From an uncultured Phycisphaera sp. (GTDB lineage Bacteria > Planctomycetota > Phycisphaerae > UBA1845), in contig CAYQZH010000002.1 of assembly GCA_964421865.1 (NCBI GenBank), positions 1 through 51,015 on the forward strand: DNA of 51,015 bases, given 5' to 3'. The notes beneath the pieces were generated by a model, which saw only the letters and a program-made list of their open reading frames with translations, was not told the origin of the DNA and ran no database searches. Position 1 is the first letter of the stretch, and each line of letters starts with the position of its first letter. Shown piece by piece: positions 16,489 to 26,600 of the stretch. The position numbers and the translations under genes are program-made.

Positions 16489-17087
16489 GACGTGCAGCAC
16501 GGTGACGGCCTTCGTGCGACGGTCACTCCACCAAGAAGCTTGAACGAGATCGGTGCCGCGGACGTCCGGACGTCCTGCGTCCGACATGACGACGGGGACA
16601 CGCGTTGCTCTCGTAGCGAGCGTAGGCCAAGGCCGCGGGTGCCCTGCCCTACCACTTCGCTCAGGTCATACCTGTTCCCGTAGGACGCAGTGGTGACCGC
16701 CGGCCAGTGCCCGCCCATCCGGGGCGTGACACTCGATGGGAACCAAGGCGAGCTCGATAGAATCCCCCGTGCAGATGCAGAACGATACTTGGATACAAGG
16801 AGGAGAAGCGAATGACAGACGGCGTTTGGCCAGGCGCATCGCCGCTTGGCTCGTTGTTCCCGCCAAGTCTTCAGAAAACCCATTTCACGCCCCTGGAAGT
16901 CCCGCGCTGGCGGCCGGTTATCGAGAAACCTTTTGGGTAACGCTGCCTTGGGCGCTCGGCAGACGTTTACAATCCCGGCCCTTCATGAGTGGTCGGGCAC
17001 GCCACTGTAGGATCTCGCCCGCATGAACGCGACATGCCCTTGCCATGATTATTTCCAAAACGCTCACCATCTTTTCGTACGAACTCG

Positions 17088-18128
17088 CTAAGGGAAGGAC
17101 GATCTCTGGTCGGTTACGTCATACTTGCCGCCATACACTTCGGCAGCAGCCAACGTGGCACCACAAGCACCGCAGGTCGCATAGCCGCTAATTCGGGCGA
17201 ACGGTGCCATCGTTTGTGCCGCCATCCCCTTCTTTAGAATCGTACCGCATTTTGGACATTTCCATAGGTCGGACACGACGGTTTTCCCAAAGCTAAGCGC
17301 AGACCCCGGGCGAGTACCAGCCCGCCAGCTCGCAGTCAACTCCAAATTGCGAAGCTCAATCGGACCGAGTCCATTCTTATCGCCGACCCTGATCCGATTC
17401 TGTTCGTCGACGAGATGTTTATCAATACCCTTAAGAAATTCTGCGCCCTTCTCTGTATCACCCAGCCTGGACAGCCGCCAAAATGCCGAGCTGTAGTCGC
17501 GCTCATACATCCGCTGAGCGCGCGCATAGTCCCCCTGCGCAAACGCCTCCTTAATCTTTCGGCGGGCGGTGAATAAGTCTTTCCAGGCGCGCGACGCGGC
17601 GCGCTCACGACCGCCCCACCAGCCAATACTCGGTTCTTTCGGTGTAATACCGGTTTCGGTTCGATAGGCAATCGCCGAGGGCACGACATCCGTTTCCCAT
17701 GCCCGGCTCCAGAAATCGTTGCTCTGCAACGTCTCGTGCATCTGCCGTTGGGCGGCAGCCAGATTGGCATTCACCCGCTTAAGCCGAGGGCGAAGGTCGG
17801 CCAACGCAGCCTGATTTAGCAAGAAGCTGGCATCCAATAACTCACGCTGGATATCGAGTACGCTGGCCTGTGCTTCCAACACCGACTTGCGGGCGACAAG
17901 TTCGCGGGCGTCGAACATATCTTTGATGGCCTCTTGCGCGGCCTGGCGGCGGGCGGTGATCGCGTCGGTGCCCTCGCCGGCTCCCAGCTTCCCGGCCGCA
18001 TCCTCATAGAGACGCGACGCCTGGCGGTAGTGGCCCAGCGCTTCGTCAAAGTTGCCGCGGCGGCGGGCGTCGTGGCCGGCTTGGAAAATTCGGTCGGCGT
18101 CGCCGCGTGGAATGTAGTCGTCGGCCAT
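17088..18128 (-). CDS. hypothetical helical/TPR-like protein with C-terminal zinc ribbon (346 aa)
   Basis: The N-terminus GNFDEALGHYRQASRLYEDA is TPR-like. The C-terminus is LWKCPKCGTILKKG...YATCGACGATLAAAEVYGGKYDV. Its start ATG shares one base with the stop of the upstream small ORF (TAATG at 18126-18130). Confidence 0.7.
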   Translation of the reverse strand: MADDYIPRGDADRIFQAGHDARRRGNFDEALGHYRQASRLYEDAAGKLGAGEGTDAITARRQAAQEAIKDMFDARELVARKSVLEAQASVLDIQRELLDASFLLNQAALADLRPRLKRVNANLAAAQRQMHETLQSNDFWSRAWETDVVPSAIAYRTETGITPKEPSIGWWGGRERAASRAWKDLFTARRKIKEAFAQGDYARAQRMYERDYSSAFWRLSRLGDTEKGAEFLKGIDKHLVDEQNRIRVGDKNGLGPIELRNLELTASWRAGTRPGSALSFGKTVVSDLWKCPKCGTILKKGMAAQTMAPFARISGYATCGACGATLAAAEVYGGKYDVTDQRSSFP

Positions 18129-18340
18129 TATCGCACCTGCCTACGGTTCGTGGTCACTTCCCGCCCAAGTAGTTCTCGACTTTTGAAGAACAAGACGGAC
18201 ACCAGTCCCCAGTCTGTGTGGTCCGGGATGACTTGGCGAACCCATGCTTCGTCTGCTTCCAACTTGGGCGTCCCCGAAAAAGCATAGAGCCCATCAAGCG
18301 AAGTGGGCGGGCGTAGCCCGTTGAACGCAGGTGTTTTCAT
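18128..18340 (-). CDS. small hypothetical protein (70 aa), translationally coupled to 17088..18128
   Basis: The sequence is MKTPAFNGLRPPTSLDGLYAFSGTPKLEADEAWVRQVIPDHTDWGLVSVLFFKSRELLGREV. There is a TAATG stop/start overlap. The upstream part of the listed 170-aa ORF is C/R-rich and unconvincing. Confidence 0.4.
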   Translation of the reverse strand: MKTPAFNGLRPPTSLDGLYAFSGTPKLEADEAWVRQVIPDHTDWGLVSVLFFKSRELLGREVTTNRRQVR

Positions 18341-18640
18341 CTGCAACGCCGAATAGCGTTTCTTGCCAGCTCCTCGCCTGTGCAATTTCCCTGCGCTCTT
18401 GTGCCGCTCGTCTCGCTTTCCTCCGTCTGGCCCTATACTAAGCACTGCGGAGGGAAACACTACTTCCGACTGAGACACCACACACCATGCTGCAGCGCAT
18501 CGCCGTAGCCCTAGACCTGGCCCTCGACATCCGTTTCGATCCCAAGCAGCACACCTCCGCCTAAGAAGGCTCCCCGCCTTGCAGGCCAATCTCGTAGGGT
18601 CCGTCACGCGTGTCTTACAATCGCGTATATGGAACACCAT

Positions 18641-19273
18641 TTATCCCTGCCAGGATCCTATTCCGTCCCAGACACTTTCGAGGTTCCGAGCAGCCCCGCA
18701 AGTCTTGCACCGATAAGCGAACCGGGAGTGAGCGGTTTGCATCAAGGGCAGGCCACCCATTTCGCTTAGCATTTCTCCAATACGTCGCACTTCGCAGCGC
18801 TCTGGCGATCCTTTGAGGAATCCTTCTGGGTGCACGTGGTAGAGGGAGACCAACTTGTCAATTGCCTCATTGAACGAGGCCCTATTCACATCTCCTGTGG
18901 ACCAAACAAGTTCAAAGGGTCCATCACCACATGACATGTGCCGCACTTCGATGGTCGCACGCGTTCCATCGATCAGCACAACGTGTTTACTGCCGACTGG
19001 GGGATAGAACGTACACGGGCGATGACGGAGCATATCTTTTGGCACCAATACTATGCGGCTTCGCCCGCGCAACAGAGCGTTGTTCTGTTCGTCTGAGGCT
19101 GTATAGCCCAACTGTATTATCTCCTTCCTTGGAATATGAAAACTACGTACCAGAATCTCTAGAATGAATCCGGCTACTCGCCTGTCGGGAATGACAACGA
19201 TCTTAAGTGCATTGGCGTCCTCCTGAACCACCGCGCGAGCCAACTGCATGGAGATGTCTGCTTCCCGGGACAT
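18641..19273 (-). CDS. hypothetical protein (210 aa)
   Basis: Composition is balanced (LKIVVIPDRRVAGFILEILVRSFHIPRKEIIQLGYTASDEQNNALLRGRSRIVLVPKD..., FELVWSTGDVNRASFNEAIDKLVSLYHVHPEGF). I recognise no family. Confidence 0.65.
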   Translation of the reverse strand: MSREADISMQLARAVVQEDANALKIVVIPDRRVAGFILEILVRSFHIPRKEIIQLGYTASDEQNNALLRGRSRIVLVPKDMLRHRPCTFYPPVGSKHVVLIDGTRATIEVRHMSCGDGPFELVWSTGDVNRASFNEAIDKLVSLYHVHPEGFLKGSPERCEVRRIGEMLSEMGGLPLMQTAHSRFAYRCKTCGAARNLESVWDGIGSWQG

Positions 19274-19413
19274 TGGTAATACGCTTCTGGTTTCAGTTGT
19301 GACCTTGCTCCTACTGGCTGGCGCACCGGTTCGGATGTGTCAGTCGCGTCGTAGGTATGGTCGAGCCGGCCTTCATTCGAATCACAAAACGAAGAAGGTC
19401 CTCCCACCCGTAG

Positions 19414-19680
19414 CGCGAGACGTTCATCCCGCTGGCTCACGATGTGGGTCAGCGGCTGGAGTGCGACTTCGGCCACATCTACGTCGACTTTCCCGAGGGA
19501 CGCAAACAGGTTTCGGTCTTCGTGGCGGTCTGGTCGTTCTCGAACTGTCCCTTCCTCATGGCCATGCCCACCGAGCGCACCGAAGCGATCCTGGCCGGCA
19601 TGGTCGAGGCCTTCGACTTCTTCGGAGCCGTGCCGCGCGAGGTGTGGTGGGACAAGAGCCGATCCAAGACCGCAGCGACT
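19414..19680 (+). pseudogene. IS21-family transposase (IstA) internal fragment, about 90 codons
   Basis: The reading RETFIPLAHD(V)GQRLECDFGHIYVDFPEGRKQVSVFVAVWSFSNCPFLMAMPTERTEAILAGMVEAFDFFGAVPREVWWDK matches the IstA integrase-core pattern (PGE..Q.DFG...V...G......F...L.YS...F......E.......G...AF.FFGGVP....WDN). It is preceded by an in-frame TAG (19411-19413) and both ends are missing. Confidence 0.7.
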
Positions 19681-21008
19681 GGTGAGATAAACAGCTGTCG
19701 AACCCAACGCCGGCCCCGCGCTGTCCTATTCAGCCACGCGGCCAATCGAGGCGAGCAGCGATAGTACAGTCGGGTGATCTGTCGACCGATACACCATCCG
19801 AGTAGCACATCGTCCCTGAACCGCCTCAACACCGTAACCTCCTGTGCTTCTTCTCCGCAGACCGCCGTCGCGATAAAGCAGTCAGATCTGCTTGCAGCGG
19901 CGTCAGCGACCTCATTCTCATCCTCATACTCAATGGTCATCACCGCCAACTGGCCGGCTGACCAGAGCCTTCCGAGAGCCACTTCGACTTCCCGTCGCGT
20001 CTTGTGACCCGCTGGGCAGCGCAATTCGAAAATAACTATCTTGCAGCGCTGCATGACGGCATCAGCAAAATCCAACGTCAAGCCACGGGCAACGTCGATA
20101 ATCGCTGTGGCTCTGAGACGAAACATCGCATCCGTAAAATCCGCTCCGACAAAGCTGCAGCCCGTGAATGACGTGGGTTTGAACGAGGCCTTGGCGAAGT
20201 TGCAGTTCGTAAATTTCGTATGGGAGATATTCGTACAAACCCAGCTAACACCAACAAACTGTGAATCGGAGAAGTCGCAGTCCTCGATATTCCCGAAAAT
20301 CCAACGGGTCTCATTTAGATTACACCTCAGAAAGAAGTGGCTCTTAAGTTCGGCCCTGTCAAACAGGAGGCCAGCGAAGTTTGCATTGCGGAGTGTGACC
20401 TGACCAGGAGCAAGATCGTGATACGCCTTCCACATCGAAGAATGTGGCTCAAGTGCCGTGATGAGAGCCTGCCACGGGTCCTCTATCTTATGCACTGCCG
20501 CCTGCGATTTTTGACAGATGGCAACGAGTTCGTCGTACAGTTCATCGCTTAGTTCCCTTGGAGCTCCTTCAATGAGGGCCGAAAGTGTCGTGAGCGCTGA
20601 GGCTATGTCGGCCCCGGCCTGCGTGCCTTCAGTTGCCTGAAGGTGATGTAACGACTTCAAGGCTTCTTCCAGGTATTTCGCGGCGAGATCACGAGAAGAA
20701 GCTCCCTTTATCACGTAAAGCTTGTAATGAGACACGCTTAGATAGTAGAACAGCGCCGTTTGCCGCTGGAAATCTGGGGTAGCATTGGCCGCATCACCCC
20801 GGGTCACATGCTCGATCGCCTGAGCACCATAGGATATGGCAAGTTCGTAGTTGTGCAGCGAGCCCGCAGCATGGCCTGCCAGGAAATAGACATTCGCGCG
20901 GGCGCTTGCCGACAACGCAGACTGTGATAGGAGTTGTTGAGCCAGTGTTAAGATTTTCGTTGAGTCTTCACCAGCCGCTACGGCTGCCAGCAGTGCCGTG
21001 TAGCTCAT
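19479..21008 (-). CDS. TPR-like / pentapeptide-repeat protein with a Cys-led CFIATA... C-terminal module; the extreme C-terminus is replaced by read-through into the IS21 fragment
   Basis: I set the start at MSYTALLAAVAAGED (CAT 21006-21008). The pentapeptide run is LRNANFAGLLFDRAELKSHFFLRCNLNETRWIFGNIEDCDFSDSQFVGVSWVCTNISHTKFTNCNFAKASFKPTSFTGCSFVGADFTDAMF. It is followed by CFIATAVCGEEAQEVTVLRRFRDDVL...YYRCSPRLAAWL. The last ~65 codons are antisense to the IS21 piece. Confidence 0.7.
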   Translation of the reverse strand: MSYTALLAAVAAGEDSTKILTLAQQLLSQSALSASARANVYFLAGHAAGSLHNYELAISYGAQAIEHVTRGDAANATPDFQRQTALFYYLSVSHYKLYVIKGASSRDLAAKYLEEALKSLHHLQATEGTQAGADIASALTTLSALIEGAPRELSDELYDELVAICQKSQAAVHKIEDPWQALITALEPHSSMWKAYHDLAPGQVTLRNANFAGLLFDRAELKSHFFLRCNLNETRWIFGNIEDCDFSDSQFVGVSWVCTNISHTKFTNCNFAKASFKPTSFTGCSFVGADFTDAMFRLRATAIIDVARGLTLDFADAVMQRCKIVIFELRCPAGHKTRREVEVALGRLWSAGQLAVMTIEYEDENEVADAAASRSDCFIATAVCGEEAQEVTVLRRFRDDVLLGWCIGRQITRLYYRCSPRLAAWLNRTARGRRWVRQLFISPVAAVLDRLLSHHTSRGTAPKKSKASTMPARIASVRSVGMAMRKGQFENDQTATKTETCLRPSGKST

Positions 21009-21275
21009 GATGCTCTCCCGCCTCCCAAACCGCATCCTAAGAGTTCCATCAGTGCATTTTGTCGTACCATTTCGTCTGGGTAAGTGAGGGTGCAAATTAC
21101 GCCCCTCCAGTCGTTCCTGGATACCAGTCTAGGAATACGCGGTTTCGTAAACCAAGTAAGTGGCCGCACAGCTGTTCCTCCTCCACTAAATTAGGGCCCC
21201 TGCCGCACCTGTTTGAATTGCATGGTCCAATGTACACCGGTCACCGGTCTGGGATTGGGGACAGCCCATTATTTC

Positions 21276-21959
21276 CTATTTGCTGCTCTGTTCCTTATAG
21301 ATGCCGTCCTTATCCCTGCCGTAGTTGCCCTGCGGCGTCTCGACGATGAAATAATAAAGCGGCTTATTGACGGGGTGCTGCTGAAGCCATGCTTTGGCCG
21401 CGCCATCGCTGGGTGCCTTATGGATTCGGTATACCGTGCCGTCCTGAAGGCGGTCCTCGCGGAGAAACACAACCTGTTCTACAGCGGCCGGTGCTGGCGC
21501 GGATTTCGCATTCACAGAACGCTCGGGTTCCCGATCGTTCTTCCGCCGACCCCCATGACGGGCGAAACTCTCCTGAGCAAGTGCCCACAGTTCGTGGCTC
21601 AGGTCCTCGCCACAAATAACTGCTTCGTATGTTCCCTCACGAGTTGCATAATGTCCGAAAATCAAAACCTCGGTGCAGATCAGCTTTCGGGAACCGTTGG
21701 CGACATGAATGCAGGGCAGATCGAGGAGGGCCGCTTTGGCTTGTGATTCCGTATCGAACGTATAAAGGACGAAGGGATCTTTTTTCTGCTTCACCATGCG
21801 ATCGCTCCAGTACGCGAAGGCATGTTCGAATGTGTCATGTCTCGTGCCGAGATTGTCTTTTTCGGTGAAGCCTCCCTGATGGGAGCCTGGCTGATTCCCT
21901 GCGTGTTCCTGTGGCGCTGGTGTCATGAAGCCGCTCAGCACCCTTCGTAGCCAACTCAT
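21276..21959 (-). CDS. hypothetical protein (227 aa)
   Basis: It begins MSWLRRVLSGF. There are two similar modules (FVLYTFDTESQAKAALLDLPCIHVA... and VYRIHKAPSDGAAKAWLQQHPVNKPLYYFIVETPQGNYGRDKDGIYKE). I recognise no family. Confidence 0.65.
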   Translation of the reverse strand: MSWLRRVLSGFMTPAPQEHAGNQPGSHQGGFTEKDNLGTRHDTFEHAFAYWSDRMVKQKKDPFVLYTFDTESQAKAALLDLPCIHVANGSRKLICTEVLIFGHYATREGTYEAVICGEDLSHELWALAQESFARHGGRRKNDREPERSVNAKSAPAPAAVEQVVFLREDRLQDGTVYRIHKAPSDGAAKAWLQQHPVNKPLYYFIVETPQGNYGRDKDGIYKEQSSK

Positions 21960-22000
21960 TGGGTCCTCCTCTGTTCACGTTGTCCGAACGCTCTTTGTCA

Positions 22001-24763
22001 TCATCTGTCACACGGCAGTGTGCCGATGACGATATCTGGCTCGAACTCGTAGCTGCCGTCGGAGGTCTTTATGGCTCCCTGGGCCATCTGGATGATCCGT
22101 CCCTCCGAGTCACGAGTCCACAGTATGCCGCTGTCGCCGCGCGTGACACCAGCAATGCGTCCACGCGGGCCGAAATGCCATTGGACCGTTTCCTGGTGCC
22201 CGCCGGAAACCTGCAGGAGTCCGCGGCCGGATACATGTTCGAGGCGGATGTCGAGGCCCGGACCGGCGACCTTGATGAGCCGACCGCGGTCATCGAATCG
22301 TAACTGTGCCGTACATAGGCCCCGCCTCACCGTGGATGGGTGGCCCCCCTCGTCGTAGTCGAACGAGCAAACCCCAGGCGAGCCAACGACCCCTTTCAAA
22401 TGCTCCCCTTCGTGATCATAGCGCACGGGCGAATCGCCGACAGTGGCGCGCGCCGGGCTGTTCCCGGCGTAGTCGATCGTGACGGTGCGACCGGCTGTGC
22501 CGCGCTGCGCGATCATCTTCGTACTCGAGCGCGCGAACGCGATATTCTCGTCGCCGGGACCACGAAGGGCTTTCACGAGGCCAGTGTTGTCAAAGTCGAT
22601 CATGACGCCATGCCGCAATACCCATGAGAACGTCCCGTCTTCATTAGCCACGAGATCAGGCTGAAAATCTCCGCCCTTGGGCACAAAGGCGACCGCGGGA
22701 TTCTCGGCTGGCCGTGCCTCGACGTCACCTTCGGTGCGTACGCTATTGGGGAGGTAAGCTAGGCGGTTTCCGGTTTCGAAGGGCAGGACCGTCACCTCGC
22801 GGCGCACCCTCGCACCTGGGGCGTCGCTGATCGTCTCTAGACCTTGCAGGATCGCCGGCTCAAAACTCCAGCCGCCACCGAAGGTGTAGCCGGGCGCCGC
22901 ATCGGACAGCCAGGAGCGGGCCATCGCTAGCGGCAGGACGCCCTTCCCGTTCAGCTGAGCGTCGATATCAAACAGCAGAAGATCTGCGCCGGCGACACCG
23001 GCGTTCTTCTTTGAGCCGCCCGTTGGAATTCCAACAACGATTTTCTCGCGTTCGCCTTCCTCGAATGTGCCACCTACACCCCCGCTAGCGTCGAGCGCTG
23101 CCGTGGCGCGATCGCCCTGACGCCGCACCATGCCAGAAAGATCGAGGACATACCTGTTTCCGCGATCGAAGAGTACACCGCCCATGTCAAGCTGACGCCA
23201 CTGACCTAGGCCGCTATCGCGCAACCGTGTTGGATCCAGACTGACAAATGAGAGGGCCTTCGTATTTCCCGCGTAAACCTCGAAGCGGCTTCTTTCCAGC
23301 GGCAAACCGTGGCCTTGCCAGGTTAGATCGTGAAGTGCGGTTGCACCGGTGTCTCGGGCAACCTGCTGGGCAGTGGACTTCGTCGCGAGGTTCCAGAGAC
23401 TCGGCCAGTCTCCTCGTCCCGTGAAGATCCTAGCCTCGCCACCTGCGCGGACAACCTGTTCGATCTTGGGCTTCGCCATGTCGGCTCCTACTCGAACCTT
23501 GTACAGGTCGACGGTATCTAGCGTGGTCTTTGTCAGCGAATAGGCGTACCCACCCTCGCTATGGAACATGCCATGTGTTTGCCCTCCCGGCATGACATCC
23601 TTGTATCCGTTAAAAACCGAGTCAACTGCGTGAGCATACAGTTGGGACTCTGACTTCCAACGAGGCGAGTCCTTCATGTAGTCAGCCGCATCTTTCAGAA
23701 GAGTATTTCCACTGAGATACGGATCCAGGTCTGGTCGAACATCAAAAACTATGTTTTTTCCCTGGGCCACGGCCTGCTTAGTCATTACGCTCGCATAGTC
23801 ACGGATCTCAGGTGCTGTCTTGGGATTGTCCGACGTGAACCCGCGGGCTTTCCAGTCGTGCAGGTAAATAGTCGCCACAATCGAATCACGGCCGGCATGG
23901 GCCAGTGCCATCTGCGAAACCTCCGTCGGCCCGCGTGCCGTGGCACTGTTGATGCCCGCACCGGCAATGAACAACTCCGTGCGTGACCCAGTCCTAGCAG
24001 CGAGCGCACCCGGCTCTGGAACGCTCGTGGAATAGAAGGTATCCCCGAAGATAGAAACGTTCGCGTTCAACGTCGCAAGGAGGTTCAGCACATAGTGCGG
24101 CAACAGATAGGTCCGTTCAAGGACGCCCCAGCGCAGCGCAGCTCTACCATCTGCGCTCGTTGTCTCGCATAGCGCCTCAGTACGCGGGTCGAAAATGATG
24201 GTCGGCGGCGGATTGAAGGGACCGAAGCTTCCGGCGACACGCGACAGGGCAATAGGCGGCGAGATCTCTGCTAGGACGCGCAGAAACTTCGCCGCGAATT
24301 CCGGCGTGTAATCGCGCGCGTCCTGGAACACTATGCGCAACTGATCGTTTCCTGTGGAGCTACGCGCCAAAACTGCTGAAGGGCGCTTGGTCAACGCCTG
24401 AAGATGCGCAAGTTCCGATGCGACGAGCCCCTCCCTCCGATCAGGCACAAGGTTGGCTGAAATCTCCACGCCATACAACGAAGCGGCAACACTTGCTTCG
24501 TCGTCCGTCGCGCGATTGAATTGAGCAACTAGACGCAGCCTCTCCAAGAAAGTGGGCAAACGAATGTCCCACGCTCGCCAGTTGTTGCGCCGCAGCTCTG
24601 TATCATGAGGTAGGCCCGACGCTTGGTCGTCCAGTAGGACTACATTGATGGTTGGAAGTTCTATACTTTGTTGCGGGCCGCCAGCTGCTAAAAGGGGCAG
24701 AGCTATCAGCAGTAGCGCAAGCGCCACTCCGCATTCCTGCACGCCGATCATCGTGGATTTCAT
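22001..24763 (-). CDS. 920-aa secreted protein; C-terminal YD/RHS-like repeats; possible alpha/beta-hydrolase-like nucleophile elbow
   Basis: The signal peptide is MKSTMIGVQECGVALALLLIALPLLAAGG. The YD-like repeats are VRYDHEGEHLKGV, FDYDEGGHPSTV, RFDDRGRLIKV and WTRDSEGRIIQM. The segment THGMFHSEGGYAY resembles a GxSxG elbow, but this is weak. The start ATG overlaps the upstream stop (ATGA at 24760-24763). Confidence 0.8.
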   Translation of the reverse strand: MKSTMIGVQECGVALALLLIALPLLAAGGPQQSIELPTINVVLLDDQASGLPHDTELRRNNWRAWDIRLPTFLERLRLVAQFNRATDDEASVAASLYGVEISANLVPDRREGLVASELAHLQALTKRPSAVLARSSTGNDQLRIVFQDARDYTPEFAAKFLRVLAEISPPIALSRVAGSFGPFNPPPTIIFDPRTEALCETTSADGRAALRWGVLERTYLLPHYVLNLLATLNANVSIFGDTFYSTSVPEPGALAARTGSRTELFIAGAGINSATARGPTEVSQMALAHAGRDSIVATIYLHDWKARGFTSDNPKTAPEIRDYASVMTKQAVAQGKNIVFDVRPDLDPYLSGNTLLKDAADYMKDSPRWKSESQLYAHAVDSVFNGYKDVMPGGQTHGMFHSEGGYAYSLTKTTLDTVDLYKVRVGADMAKPKIEQVVRAGGEARIFTGRGDWPSLWNLATKSTAQQVARDTGATALHDLTWQGHGLPLERSRFEVYAGNTKALSFVSLDPTRLRDSGLGQWRQLDMGGVLFDRGNRYVLDLSGMVRRQGDRATAALDASGGVGGTFEEGEREKIVVGIPTGGSKKNAGVAGADLLLFDIDAQLNGKGVLPLAMARSWLSDAAPGYTFGGGWSFEPAILQGLETISDAPGARVRREVTVLPFETGNRLAYLPNSVRTEGDVEARPAENPAVAFVPKGGDFQPDLVANEDGTFSWVLRHGVMIDFDNTGLVKALRGPGDENIAFARSSTKMIAQRGTAGRTVTIDYAGNSPARATVGDSPVRYDHEGEHLKGVVGSPGVCSFDYDEGGHPSTVRRGLCTAQLRFDDRGRLIKVAGPGLDIRLEHVSGRGLLQVSGGHQETVQWHFGPRGRIAGVTRGDSGILWTRDSEGRIIQMAQGAIKTSDGSYEFEPDIVIGTLPCDR

Positions 24764-26586
24764 TTGTGCTCCTCCGTTGTACTAAGGCCTCGCGGCCAAC
24801 GCGTGGGAATGGAAACGACTGCGTAATCGCGCCCGCCCAGGTTCGCGGTCCAGCCGTAACTTTCCGGTGTTGGGCGAGCGTGCAACACCGGCGCGGTGAA
24901 CAATGGAACGGGCACCGATCCGGAAGGAAAGGACCCATAACGTGGCGGTGCGACGACGCGCTGGACCGTGTTCATCTCCTGAGGCCGCCAATGGGTGACA
25001 ACCCCAGGCGCGAGGTTGGGCGCCGCTAAAGAACGAGCCGCAATGTACTGGTTCCGCGGCGAAAGGTTTATGCCGCCGATCAGAAATGATTCGTTGACGA
25101 AGTAGGATTCTCGCGTCGCACCAGGCGTCGTCTGTCGACTGACGAGTGTACGGATAAGGCGCGTGTGGGGTCGCGTATTTACGACCAAACGTCGGTAGTT
25201 GTGGCGAAACTGTTCGGCGGGAAACTCGGACTCTTCGTACCAACGGGCGATCTGGACCAGCTTGTGAATTCGGACCAACTCACGGAAGAGGCCCAGGTCG
25301 TTTGCGAATTCCTCGAAGTGCGCACTCATGTGCTCGCCGAATGCCGCGACGGCTGGATCATTAGCCAAGGCACGGTATTCGACGCGCATACGATAGCGCA
25401 CGAATCGCATTGAGTAGCCCTCGACGGCCACTCCGGTTTCGTCTGGCACGAACCACCATAGCCCTATCGGTCGCAGCTTGCCAACTTCCGAAGCCGCGTC
25501 TCCCTGCAGGCGCTTGGCCACAGAAAGGTAGCCCGGCACCGAGACGCTTACCGGCTGACGTGTCAGGTTGTCCTCACCGTGCGCAAGCCCTTTCAGACAA
25601 CGGTCGACTTCAAAAAGGACAGATCCCAGGTGTGTTCCGCTAGTCGACGGAGGAATATACTCGACTGGATAACGCTCATTCGCGATATCCTGCCGCAGGT
25701 TCTCCTCGCTCGGTACTCGGCCGTTCTCTGTGCCGATGCTGACGCCAGGATTCTGGCCCGCTTCCAGAATGGTTAGGGCAGTCACAAAATCATCGAACAG
25801 GAGCGGCGGCATAGCGATTGTGGAGGTCGTTCCGATCGCCTTCGGTCCCCAAATCTCGAGGCGGTCCTTTTCTTCGTTATACGTCGCGCCTTCGATGTCC
25901 TCGAACTGAGCGAAGTAATTATTGATCTCCAGCCAGGGCCAGTACGCGCCGTCGGGCGCCTGTTTCACAATCAGCCGCCGAGCATCAGCGACCCGCGCGT
26001 CGTCGCCCGCTATGAGGAGCTCTCCCTTCCCTCGGTTCAACTGCATAAACAATTTGCGGCCGTCCAAGGCCATAGTCAGCGAGTCTGTTCCAAAGTCCAA
26101 AGCGACATGATGAGTGCTGTTTGGTGCCTCCGTCGCCTGCAATGCAGTTTCTCCTGCCGCCAACAAAATGATCCTACCTCGAGCTTCTGACACCCGCGCA
26201 TCTTTCGGGTTGGCCCGAATGAAATTCTCATAATTGATGATCTCCGGATTGAGCTTCGCATACTCCCACGAGCCTAGCTTGGGCGGAAGGATAGGCTGGG
26301 ATATTCGTGCTTCTGGAATCCCACCAGCCTTTGATTCTTGAGATCGTGGTGTCGGTCCTGTCTTCGCCGCAGCCTCCGGACTGGACCCGTCTGTCGTCCT
26401 GGGCTGTACGTGAACCGCGCGCCATTTGGGCGGCTCACTAGGCGAGGACTCGCATCCGACCAGCGTTGCGAAGACGACCAACATAAGTGTGGACCTGATG
26501 AATGCACATAAAGTTATCATTCTGCTCGTATTCTGCCAGTCACAGGTCCACCTTGATTCGAAATTAAAAAAGCGAGCCACGGACAT
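24760..26586 (-). CDS. lipoprotein (~608 aa), function unknown (faint resemblance to planctomycete DUF1598-type proteins, from memory)
   Basis: The lipobox lies in MITLCAFIRSTLMLVVFATLVGC-ESS. I chose the start at MSVARFF (ATG 26586-26584) behind AAGGGGGA; alternatives are GTG 26604 (GTGA overlap with the upstream stop) or ATG 26520. The block FRELVRIHKLVQIARWYEESEF prompted the DUF1598 thought. Confidence 0.7.
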   Translation of the reverse strand: MSVARFFNFESRWTCDWQNTSRMITLCAFIRSTLMLVVFATLVGCESSPSEPPKWRAVHVQPRTTDGSSPEAAAKTGPTPRSQESKAGGIPEARISQPILPPKLGSWEYAKLNPEIINYENFIRANPKDARVSEARGRIILLAAGETALQATEAPNSTHHVALDFGTDSLTMALDGRKLFMQLNRGKGELLIAGDDARVADARRLIVKQAPDGAYWPWLEINNYFAQFEDIEGATYNEEKDRLEIWGPKAIGTTSTIAMPPLLFDDFVTALTILEAGQNPGVSIGTENGRVPSEENLRQDIANERYPVEYIPPSTSGTHLGSVLFEVDRCLKGLAHGEDNLTRQPVSVSVPGYLSVAKRLQGDAASEVGKLRPIGLWWFVPDETGVAVEGYSMRFVRYRMRVEYRALANDPAVAAFGEHMSAHFEEFANDLGLFRELVRIHKLVQIARWYEESEFPAEQFRHNYRRLVVNTRPHTRLIRTLVSRQTTPGATRESYFVNESFLIGGINLSPRNQYIAARSLAAPNLAPGVVTHWRPQEMNTVQRVVAPPRYGSFPSGSVPVPLFTAPVLHARPTPESYGWTANLGGRDYAVVSIPTRWPRGLSTTEEHK

Positions 26587-26600
26587 CCGATTCCCCCTTG

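Noticed and set aside
16167-16883. 238-aa minus-strand ORF across the left island boundary
   Set aside because: It is antisense to the YcaQ fragment for half its length. The composition is low-complexity, it has no start context, and it crosses a clear compositional break.
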